Assembly (NCBI GenBank): GCA_964014485.1
Contig: CAXHAT010000237.1
Coordinates: forward strand, 1-10,884
Origin: an uncultured Deferribacteres bacterium
GTDB taxonomy: Bacteria; Zhuqueibacterota; Zhuqueibacteria; Zhuqueibacterales; Geothermadaptataceae
Direction: 5' to 3'
Length of the DNA: 10,884 bases
How positions within the stretch are numbered: position 1 is the stretch's first letter; each line of letters opens with the position of its first letter. Positions 1 through 7,250 of the stretch are shown here, piece by piece. A program made the translations under genes and the position numbers. The notes under the pieces were generated by a model. The model did not search any database, was not told where the DNA came from, and worked only from the letters and a program-made list of their open reading frames with translations.

Positions 1-46
1 TACACCAAGAAGCTCGTCGGCAGCGTCAGATGTGTATAAGAGACAG
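1..46 (+). other. Library adapter: end of Illumina P5 (TACAC) + 8-nt index CAAGAAGC + Nextera read-1 adapter TCGTCGGCAGCGTC + Tn5 mosaic end AGATGTGTATAAGAGACAG
   Basis: Exact match to TCGTCGGCAGCGTC (14-27) and the 19-bp mosaic end (28-46). TACAC is at 1-5 and the 8-mer at 6-13 sits in the i5 index position. Confidence 0.98.
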
Positions 47-2674
47 CTTTTTCGTCGCCCGCCGAAAAAATTCGTATTTTCCAACATCATTGTTTTAACA
101 GCCTTCCTTTTTTCCGTTTCTCTTTCTGCGCAAAATTTGACGCGCGGCAAGAACCTTTTTCTGAAAGGGGAATATGAAAAGGCGGCTGACGCTCTTTCCG
201 GAGACCGTCCGTCCGTAGAGTCGCTGGTTTACCTGAGTCTTGCGTTGGAGCAGCAGGGAAAATACAAGGCCGCGAAAGAAATCGTCACGCAAATACGCAA
301 TTGGGACGGTTACTTGCCGCTGCTAAACCGAATCGGCGAGCTGGCTTACGCACTCTCGGACTATGCGGAAGCGCGCGAACATTTTGAGCGCGCTCTGGCT
401 AAAGATTCGACTTACCTGGAGGCGCGTTTGAATCTTGGAGAAATCGAGTACGCCTGGGGGAATCGGGAGAAAGGGCGTGAGTTGTTGCAATACTTTGTTG
501 AGCTTTATCGCAAGACGCCGTACCCGGATTCTCGCTTGAGCCTGACCACAGCGCGAGCGTGCATTTATTTGAACCGGGTTGAAGACGCGAATGATTTATT
601 CAATGACGCTAGCAAGCAATTGAAGGGCGATTGGCGTGTTTTTGCCTATTGGGGCGATTTGTTTCTCGAAAAATACAGCTTTAGTGACGCCGCTACGACG
701 TTTAATGACGCGTTGAAATTGAACCCGAACGCCGTTGGCGCGAAAATCGGGCTTGCCCGTTTGGGCGCGCAGAGTCCGGCGCAAAATATCAACGTTCCCG
801 AACTGGTCGAATCGTTATTAAAAGATTATGAGAATAGGATAGATGTACTCGCCTTCGCGGCAAACTGGTACGTTGAAACCGGCGACCGGGCGAAATCAAA
901 AGAGCTGGCTGAAAAAACACTCAAAAAAGCGCCCAAGCATCTCGACGCGATCACGACACTCGCCAAGATCGCTTTGCTAAACAAAAATAATAAAAAATTT
1001 GCAGAGCTCGAAAAAGAAGCGCTTGCCATAAATCCCGGGTATGCAAAATTTTACTCGGACGCCGGCGATCTTTTGTCGCGCCGCTATCTTTTCGAGGAAT
1101 CGCTCGATCTCTACAATAAAGCTTTGGCCATAGACCCGGCGCACACCGGCGCGCTTGCCGGAATTGGTACGGCGTACTCGCGCCTGGCTCGTTTAGATGA
1201 GGCGAAAAATGCGCTCGAAAAAGCGTTTGAGCTTGATCCTTACAATGTTTGGACGGGCAACCTTTTAAGCCTTTTTGACGGCTACAAAGACTACACAACG
1301 CTCAAAACGGATCATTTTGAAATCCGACTGCATAAAGACGATGCGCCGATTGTCGGGCCTTACGCGCTGGCGTTGGCTGAGCAGGCTTATGAAGACATGG
1401 TTCCGCGCTACAAAGTCCAGTTCGAGCAGCCGATTACCATCGAAATTTTTCCGAGCCATGATGATTTTGCCGTTCGCTGTTTTGGCCTGCCCGGCTCGGA
1501 AGCGTTTCTCGGAATCTGTTTCGGGCCGCTGATTACGATGAATTCGCCGAAAGCGCGACCGCTGGGGTCGTTCAACTGGCAGGAAACGCTCTGGCATGAA
1601 TTCGCGCACGTTGTCCATTTGACGCTCTCAAAAAATCGCGTTCCGCGTTGGCTGGCTGAAGGCGTCGCCGTTTATGAAGCGACGCGCGCCAATCGCGCCT
1701 GGGATATGAACATGCAATTGCCGCTTCTTTCCGCGCTTAATGACGACGGACTTATACCGTTGAAAGAATTGAACAGCGGCTTTGTCGGCGATGCCCGGCG
1801 CGTGACATTCTCATATTATCAGTCATCGCAAATGGTTGGTTTTATTGTTGAAAAATATGGTTTCGACAAGTTGCTGGGGCTGCTCGAAGCGTTCAAAAAC
1901 GACAAGGAAACGCCCGAAGCGCTCAAGAGCGTCTTGAGCATAGACGAAGAAGCGTTTGACGTTGAATTTGAAGCGTTTGTCCGACAAAAATTTGAGAGAG
2001 ACGAGGTCGATTTTACTTGGGAAAAAGAAAAGCTTCCCGCTGATCGCGACGCTTTGGTTGAGAAGCTCAAAGACATGATTATTGAGAATCCCAAGAGTTT
2101 TTTCGCCAACCTATATTACGGCAATGCCTTGCTTGCTCGCGGTGATTTTGAGGGCGCAACAATTGCGTTAGAACAAGCGAAGTCACTCTTTCCTGACTAC
2201 GTTTCTGAAAACAGCCCATACACGGGGCTTGCCGAAGCTTACCTCGCTCTTAAGGACACGACAAAGGCGGTTGAAAATCTTGAGCTTTTGCTGGAGAAAA
2301 ACGGCAAGGCTTTCCGGGCCAGCCAAAAATTGCACGAGCTTGCGATCAGCGCAGATTTCCCGGAAGCAAATCTATTGGCATTAGAAACCGCAGTCCAGAT
2401 TTCGCCTTACAATCCGCGGTTTCACCGAAAGCTTGGCGACATCTATCTTGCCGAAAAAAACACAGCGAAAGCAAAAATCGAATTTGAAGTTGAGCTCGCG
2501 CTTAATACGGTCGACAAGGCGGGCGCACATTGCCGGTTAGCTGAAGCGTTGCTGCAAAACAATGAGATGTTTGAAGCCAAAAAACACGCGCTTAAAGCGC
2601 TGGAAATCGCGCCTACTTATGAAAGAGCGCAAAAAGTGCTTTTGCAAACCGTGGACGTTGAAAAATCGAATTGA
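47..2674 (+). CDS. Exported tetratricopeptide-repeat protein with central zinc metallopeptidase (peptidase MA-like/gluzincin) domain; 5'-partial
   Basis: Long ORF; the first residues MYKRQ (32-46) come from the adapter. The native part starts with a signal-peptide-like segment (RRPPKKFVFSNIIVLTAFLFSVSLSA|Q). It has many TPR-like helices (e.g. YAEAREHFERALAKDSTYLEARLNLG, LDEAKNALEKAFELDPYN) and further C-terminal TPRs. HEFAH lies at 1595-1609, with a downstream E in PRWLAEG (1658-1660). Confidence 0.88.
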   Translation, partial: LFRRPPKKFVFSNIIVLTAFLFSVSLSAQNLTRGKNLFLKGEYEKAADALSGDRPSVESLVYLSLALEQQGKYKAAKEIVTQIRNWDGYLPLLNRIGELAYALSDYAEAREHFERALAKDSTYLEARLNLGEIEYAWGNREKGRELLQYFVELYRKTPYPDSRLSLTTARACIYLNRVEDANDLFNDASKQLKGDWRVFAYWGDLFLEKYSFSDAATTFNDALKLNPNAVGAKIGLARLGAQSPAQNINVPELVESLLKDYENRIDVLAFAANWYVETGDRAKSKELAEKTLKKAPKHLDAITTLAKIALLNKNNKKFAELEKEALAINPGYAKFYSDAGDLLSRRYLFEESLDLYNKALAIDPAHTGALAGIGTAYSRLARLDEAKNALEKAFELDPYNVWTGNLLSLFDGYKDYTTLKTDHFEIRLHKDDAPIVGPYALALAEQAYEDMVPRYKVQFEQPITIEIFPSHDDFAVRCFGLPGSEAFLGICFGPLITMNSPKARPLGSFNWQETLWHEFAHVVHLTLSKNRVPRWLAEGVAVYEATRANRAWDMNMQLPLLSALNDDGLIPLKELNSGFVGDARRVTFSYYQSSQMVGFIVEKYGFDKLLGLLEAFKNDKETPEALKSVLSIDEEAFDVEFEAFVRQKFERDEVDFTWEKEKLPADRDALVEKLKDMIIENPKSFFANLYYGNALLARGDFEGATIALEQAKSLFPDYVSENSPYTGLAEAYLALKDTTKAVENLELLLEKNGKAFRASQKLHELAISADFPEANLLALETAVQISPYNPRFHRKLGDIYLAEKNTAKAKIEFEVELALNTVDKAGAHCRLAEALLQNNEMFEAKKHALKALEIAPTYERAQKVLLQTVDVEKSN

Positions 2675-2688
2675 TCAGTTTGAACGCA

Positions 2689-3450
2689 ATGATAAAACAA
2701 AATTTAAAATATTTGATTCTGGCGTTTTCGTTTATTCCTTTGACGCAAAGCATGGCGCAGCGATCAATTGAAGACGCCTTTAATCGCAAGCATGAATTTG
2801 AACTTGACCGCTTCCAATTCATTCGCATAAAACACGAATCGCCCGAAATTCCCTATGCTTACGCCATGCAGTTTTTCAGGAACGGCGAGGCGCCCTGGGC
2901 GCATGATTTCCCGACTGCTGAGTACAATATGTACGACATTCTCGCGCAAAGGACGGCGATAAAGGTAACCGGCGATCCCAGAGTCTTAACCTTTGACGAC
3001 GACGAAATTTTTGACTATCCCGTTCTCTACATTTGCGAAATCGGCTACTGGAAACTCAGCGATGAACGCGCGCAGAGGCTGGGCGAATACTTGAAGCGCG
3101 GCGGATTTATGATTGTGGACGATTTTCGCATGTTGCACGAGTTGGACTCGTTCCGCGAGCAAATGCGGAAAGCTGTGCCTGAATTCACCGAATCTCCGCT
3201 GAAAGCCGATCACGCCATTTTTAATTGTTATTTTGAATTTCCGACTTTGCCGTTAGAAACGCCTTACAATAGATTTGGCCCTCCGGTTTTTTACGGCTGG
3301 TTTGATGAAGACGGTCGCCTTGCCGCCATCGTAAACTATAACAATGACATCGGCGACGGTTGGGAAATAGCGCGAGTGACTACGCGGCGCTTCAGCGCGT
3401 CATCATTTATGCTCGGCATTAACTATTTTATTTATTCGCTGACCCACTGA
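2689..3450 (+). CDS. DUF4159-domain protein (paralogue 1), predicted exported
   Basis: Motifs FxFxRIK, W.HDFP.AE, YLKRGGFMIVDDF, NNDIGDGWE and GINY.IY.LTH are typical of DUF4159 proteins. ATG at 2689 gives a signal-peptide-like N-terminus (MIKQNLKYLILAFSFIPLTQSMA|Q). An alternative TTG start at 2671 overlaps the upstream stop. Confidence 0.85.
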   Translation: MIKQNLKYLILAFSFIPLTQSMAQRSIEDAFNRKHEFELDRFQFIRIKHESPEIPYAYAMQFFRNGEAPWAHDFPTAEYNMYDILAQRTAIKVTGDPRVLTFDDDEIFDYPVLYICEIGYWKLSDERAQRLGEYLKRGGFMIVDDFRMLHELDSFREQMRKAVPEFTESPLKADHAIFNCYFEFPTLPLETPYNRFGPPVFYGWFDEDGRLAAIVNYNNDIGDGWEIARVTTRRFSASSFMLGINYFIYSLTH

Positions 3451-3454
3451 CCGC

Positions 3455-4216
3455 ATGAAAAAAACGCGATCAAAAATTGTTCTTTTTGCCATGGCCGCGC
3501 TTACCATGACGAGCAGCCTTTACGCACAAGCGCCATTGCACGATCAATTCACTTTTGTGCGCATCAAGTACAACATGGGCGAAGCGGCTTTCGGTTTTCA
3601 AATGCGGTACGGCGGCATCAATAGCTGGATGGTCGATTATCCTTCGGCGGAAGAGCATTTTATGGGCGCGCTGCGAAAAGGCACGTCACTGCCCATCGCG
3701 GAAAAGGCGCTGCATTTGTCTTTGACAGATGATGAATTATTTGATTACACTTTTGCCTACATTGTCGAAGTCGGCTACATGCAAATGCGCGACGACGAGG
3801 CGGAAGCGTTGCGCGAGTGGCTTTTACGCGGCGGATTTCTGCTGATCGACGATTTTCACGGGCCTTACGAATGGCAGCAATTTGTCCATCAAATTCGCAA
3901 GGTCTTTCCGGATCGCGCGATTGAAACGATCAAGCCGGATCATCCGCTGTTTCACATTTATTATGATTTTGAGGAATATCCGCCGGTGCCGGGATTGGGG
4001 AGCATCTTGCGCGGCACATATTACGAGAAAGGCGGGCGTTACCCGCATTGTCGCGGCATCTTTGACGACAATGGACGTTTGATGGTTTTGATCAACCACA
4101 ACGTCGATTTGGGCGATAGCTGGGAGCACGCCAGCGACTATCGCTACCCGCGCGAATTTTCGATGCGGGGCTATAAATTAGGCATTAACTACGTGATTTA
4201 CGCATTAACCCACTGA
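3455..4216 (+). CDS. DUF4159-domain protein (paralogue 2), predicted exported
   Basis: Same motif series (FTFVRIKY, WMVDYPSAE, WLLRGGFLLIDDF, HNVDLGDSWE, GINYVIYALTH). N-terminal signal peptide MKKTRSKIVLFAMAALTMTSSLYA|Q. Starts 4 nt after the upstream stop. Confidence 0.87.
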   Translation: MKKTRSKIVLFAMAALTMTSSLYAQAPLHDQFTFVRIKYNMGEAAFGFQMRYGGINSWMVDYPSAEEHFMGALRKGTSLPIAEKALHLSLTDDELFDYTFAYIVEVGYMQMRDDEAEALREWLLRGGFLLIDDFHGPYEWQQFVHQIRKVFPDRAIETIKPDHPLFHIYYDFEEYPPVPGLGSILRGTYYEKGGRYPHCRGIFDDNGRLMVLINHNVDLGDSWEHASDYRYPREFSMRGYKLGINYVIYALTH

Positions 4217-4228
4217 TTCAGGAGACTT

Positions 4229-5251
4229 ATGGACGAGCAAGAAATGGATGTCAGTCAGCACGAAGAAGCGCTGATTTCCAAACTAAAGAACGGGCGCGAA
4301 GCCATCATTCATGAATTGCGAAAAATCATTATCGGGCAGAACGACGTTATCGACGAAGCGCTTATAGCGCTGTTCACAGGCGGACATTGTTTGATTACCG
4401 GCGTTCCCGGCCTTGCAAAAACATTGCTTATCAGAACGCTGTCCCAAATTCTTGATCTTGAGTTCAAACGTATTCAGTTTACGCCAGACTTGATGCCGGC
4501 GGATATTACGGGCATCGACGTGATCGAAGAAGATCGTACTTCCGGTAAGCGAGCGTTACAGTTTATTCCCGGGCCGTTGTTCGCGAATATTATTTTGGCG
4601 GACGAGATCAACCGTACGCCGCCGAAAACGCAGGCGGCTCTACTTGAAGCGATGCAAGAACACCGTGTGACCGCCGGCGGAAAAACACACACTTTGCAGG
4701 AGCCGTTTTTCGTACTCGCCACGCAAAACCCGATTGAACTTGAAGGCACTTACCCGCTGCCGGAGGCGCAGCTTGACCGATTTATGTTCAATCTCGTCAT
4801 GGATTATCTTCCTGAAGACGAAGAAGTTCAAGTCGTCACGAGCACGACGTCAAATTATAAAGCTGACCTCAAAACTGTTGTCACGGGCCAAGACATTCTC
4901 GATTTCCAATCGATTATACGCAATGTGGCGATTGCTGAGGACGTTGCGCGCTACGCAGTGCGTCTGGTTGCCGCCAGTCGTCCATCCGATCCCAAAGCGC
5001 CGGATTTTGTCAAAAATTGGGTTAATTGGGGGGCGGGTCTGCGCGCTTCACAATATCTTATTTTGGGCGGTAAGGCGCGGGCTTTGATGAACGGCCGGTT
5101 TAACGTTTCGATTAAAGATATTCAAGCGTTAGCGAGACCGGTTTTGCGTCACCGCGTTTTGACTAATTTTTACGCCGAGTCGGAGAAAATCAAAACCGAC
5201 AATATCATCTCGATGTTGCTCGAAACGGTCGAACTCCCGCGCGGCGTTTGA
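4229..5251 (+). CDS. moxR: MoxR-family AAA+ ATPase
   Basis: Walker A GVPGLAKT, RIQFTPDLMPADITG, Walker B ILADEINR, TPPKTQAALLEAMQE and ATQNPIELEGTYPLPEAQLDRF are hallmark MoxR motifs. An AGGAG SD-like site lies upstream of the ATG. Confidence 0.96.
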   Translation: MDEQEMDVSQHEEALISKLKNGREAIIHELRKIIIGQNDVIDEALIALFTGGHCLITGVPGLAKTLLIRTLSQILDLEFKRIQFTPDLMPADITGIDVIEEDRTSGKRALQFIPGPLFANIILADEINRTPPKTQAALLEAMQEHRVTAGGKTHTLQEPFFVLATQNPIELEGTYPLPEAQLDRFMFNLVMDYLPEDEEVQVVTSTTSNYKADLKTVVTGQDILDFQSIIRNVAIAEDVARYAVRLVAASRPSDPKAPDFVKNWVNWGAGLRASQYLILGGKARALMNGRFNVSIKDIQALARPVLRHRVLTNFYAESEKIKTDNIISMLLETVELPRGV

Positions 5252-5272
5252 CTTTAGAATAAATCACCATCC

Positions 5273-5348
5273 CGTTTGTCATTCAGGATGAATCTATTTT
5301 GCCAAATTCAAGGGACTTGCAAAAAAGATTCCTCCTGAATGACAAGCG
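5273..5348. repeat. Intergenic inverted-repeat doublet (REP-like, GTCATTC...GAATGAC type)
   Basis: Left arm 5273-5302 CGTTTGTCATTCAGGATGAATCTATTTTGC versus the reverse complement of 5319-5348, CGCTTGTCATTCAGGAGGAATCTTTTTTGC: 27/30 match, with a 16-nt spacer. Confidence 0.85.
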
Positions 5349-5392
5349 AGTTGTTTTTGGCCGCATGAACCTAAGAACCGAATCTAAATAAA

Positions 5393-6286
5393 ATGGCCGA
5401 GCTTCCCCGATTTCTCGACCCTAAAGTCTTGGCAACGATTTCCGGCATGGAATTGCGCGCCAAAGCTGTGGTCGAAGGTTTTCTTTCCGGTTTACATCGC
5501 AGCCCGTTCAAAGGGTTTAGCGTGGAATTCGCCGAATTCCGCCAATACACCCCCGGCGACGATCCCCGGCATATCGACTGGAAAGTTTATGCGCGTTCGG
5601 ATAAATTCTATGTCAAGGAATTTGAAGAAGAGACCAATCTGAGCTGCCACATCCTTTTTGATATTTCAAAATCGATGACTTACGCTTCGGACAAGGTCAG
5701 CAAATTGGATTACGCCGGTTATCTTGCGGCGTCACTGGCGTATCTTCTGATTCGGCAGCGCGACAGCGTTGGTCTGGCGGCTTTCAGTGATAAGATTGAC
5801 ACGCTGATTCCGCCGAAATCAAGGCTCGGGCATTTGCACACGTTGCTTACCGCATTGGACAACACCGAATTTGGGCCGAAAACCGATATTCGAAAGCCGT
5901 TGTCTCAAGTCGCGGAGACGCTCAACAAAAAAGGGCTTTTGGTATTGATTTCCGACTTACTCGACGAGCCGGACAATATTTTGGACGCTTTGCAGCATTT
6001 TCGTTTCGGCGGGCATGATATTTTGGTTTTTCATGTTTTGGATGACAACGAATTGAATTTTCAGTTTCATCATTCTACGCGATTCGAGGGTCTTGAAGGT
6101 GAGGCGCATTTTACCGCACAGCCGCAAAATGTTCGCGATGAATATATGAAACGGTTGACCGAGCACATTGAAAAACTCAAAGCGGGCTGCGGCGCAACAG
6201 GCATTACTTACGAGCTGCTAAATACATCGAAACCGCTTGATTTCGCGCTAAAGTCGTTTCTGGCGAAACGTGCCGGGAAGTTGTAA
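5393..6286 (+). CDS. DUF58 family protein (VWA fold, MoxR-associated)
   Basis: The signature GLHRSPFKGFSVEFAEFRQYTPGDDPRHIDWKVYARSDK..VKEFEEE is present, with MIDAS-like DISKS and ISD. It sits in the canonical position directly after moxR. Confidence 0.94.
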   Translation: MAELPRFLDPKVLATISGMELRAKAVVEGFLSGLHRSPFKGFSVEFAEFRQYTPGDDPRHIDWKVYARSDKFYVKEFEEETNLSCHILFDISKSMTYASDKVSKLDYAGYLAASLAYLLIRQRDSVGLAAFSDKIDTLIPPKSRLGHLHTLLTALDNTEFGPKTDIRKPLSQVAETLNKKGLLVLISDLLDEPDNILDALQHFRFGGHDILVFHVLDDNELNFQFHHSTRFEGLEGEAHFTAQPQNVRDEYMKRLTEHIEKLKAGCGATGITYELLNTSKPLDFALKSFLAKRAGKL

Positions 6287-6291
6287 TCAAA

Positions 6292-6741
6292 ATGAGATTG
6301 TACCTGGATAACTGCTGTTTCAATAGACCGTTCGATGATCAATCATTTCTATCAATTCGCTTGGAGACTGAAGCGAAGCTTGAGATTCAAGAGAAAATCA
6401 GATCAAATCAATTTTCCTTGGGTTGGTCTTACATTCTTGATTTTGAAAACAATGTAAATCCTTTTGATGACAGGCGAATTGAAATTCAGAAATGGAAGGA
6501 GCTGGCTGATTCGTTTGTGAGTGAAACGCTGGAAATCCTAAAAAGAATGGAACATTTAACATCCGTCGGATTGAAGGCAATAGACGCCTTGCACGTTGCA
6601 TGCGCAGTTTCTTTGGAATGCGAGAACTTTCTGACCGTCGACAAAGGAATTTTACGAAAAAAGTACAGGATATCTGAAATTACCTTAACGAATCCAGTGA
6701 ACTTTGTGATTGATTGGGAGGAGGGCAATAATGAAAAGTGA
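6292..6741 (+). CDS. PIN-domain (VapC-like) ribonuclease, putative type II toxin
   Basis: 149 aa. N-terminal YLDNC, central E in ILDFE, and C-terminal DALHVACA and FLTVD provide the PIN acidic residues. More AT-rich than its neighbours. Confidence 0.85.
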   Translation: MRLYLDNCCFNRPFDDQSFLSIRLETEAKLEIQEKIRSNQFSLGWSYILDFENNVNPFDDRRIEIQKWKELADSFVSETLEILKRMEHLTSVGLKAIDALHVACAVSLECENFLTVDKGILRKKYRISEITLTNPVNFVIDWEEGNNEK

Positions 6742-6934
6742 TCTTGAAATTAAGACATTAGGTCTTGAAGTGTTAAGTAAGAATCTTGGCATTGTCGAAG
6801 CTGAAAGATTTATTGCGCTGGTTCAACGAGATAAATTCGATTATACGAAATGGCGGGAGAATATTTTTGAAGGGCTAACCGGGCAAGAAATAAGTAAAAG
6901 AGCGACGGAGTTTCAGGAACAGAGACAAATCTAA
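6731..6934 (+). CDS. Small protein (67 aa), putative antitoxin partner of the PIN toxin
   Basis: ATG at 6731 is preceded by a strong SD (GGAGGAGG, 6717-6724) and overlaps the PIN gene by 11 nt. Sequence: MKSDLEIKTLGLEVLSKNLGIVEAERFIALVQRDKFDYTKWR... The antitoxin role is inferred from size and context. Confidence 0.72.
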   Translation: MKSDLEIKTLGLEVLSKNLGIVEAERFIALVQRDKFDYTKWRENIFEGLTGQEISKRATEFQEQRQI

Positions 6935-6970
6935 TGAAGTGTATTGATGTATTATTTGCGAGTTACTTAA

Positions 6971-7144
6971 CTGATGTTACGCACCAGCTATGAAACCAAA
7001 GAAACTCCTGTCAAAGTCATTCCCGCGCAGGCGGGAATCCAGGGGCTGCGCGCGATTGACTGGATTCCCGCCTGCGCGGGAATGACGTAAAAGCGACGTT
7101 CCTTTGGCGCTGCTTGAAAAATTTTCAAGAGTGCGTAACATCAG
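6971..7144. mobile_element. MITE-like non-autonomous element, 174 bp
   Basis: Perfect TIRs CTGATGTTACGCAC (6971-6984) / GTGCGTAACATCAG (7131-7144), flanked by the direct repeat TTACTTAA (6963-6970 and 7145-7152). No transposase is encoded. An alternative reading is a 15-bp TIR with a 6-bp TACTTA repeat. Confidence 0.75.
7016..7086. repeat. Perfect REP/dRS3-like inverted doublet nested in the MITE
   Basis: GTCATTCCCGCGCAGGCGGGAATCCAG (7016-7042) and its exact reverse complement (7060-7086): 27/27 match, 17-nt spacer. Each arm is itself a palindrome fitting ATTCCC-N8-GGGAAT. Confidence 0.92.
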
Positions 7145-7250
7145 TTACTTAATATTTCCAAGCCATCAAATGTGGTCTTCAAAATTCGTTGTTGACCTAG
7201 CGTACTGGGAAATTGCATTCGACTAAATATTTTTGAGTTCAAACTGACAC

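Noticed and set aside
32..46. Start codon and N-terminus MYKRQ of the 880-aa ORF
   Set aside because: Lies within the adapter; the true start is upstream of the fragment.
5273..5348. Rho-independent terminator after moxR
   Set aside because: The stem is unusually long, no U-tract immediately follows it, and the sequence resembles a REP-type repeat. A termination role is not excluded but cannot be supported.
6710..6730. Longer 74-aa start for the small antitoxin-like gene
   Set aside because: ATG 6731 has a strong, well-spaced SD and is the better start.
6990..7085. 31-aa ORF MKPKKLLSKSFPRRRESRG... inside the MITE
   Set aside because: It is a translation of the palindromic repeat, has no SD, and is too short to be a transposase remnant I can recognise.
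6961..7152. CRISPR array or integron attC site
   Set aside because: The repeats are inverted rather than direct with spacers, there are no cas or integrase genes, and the outer arms pair perfectly, without the extrahelical bases expected of attC.
7192..7230. Sigma70 promoter upstream of the BatA/VWA gene (TTGACC)
   Set aside because: No convincing -10 hexamer at 16-18 nt spacing.
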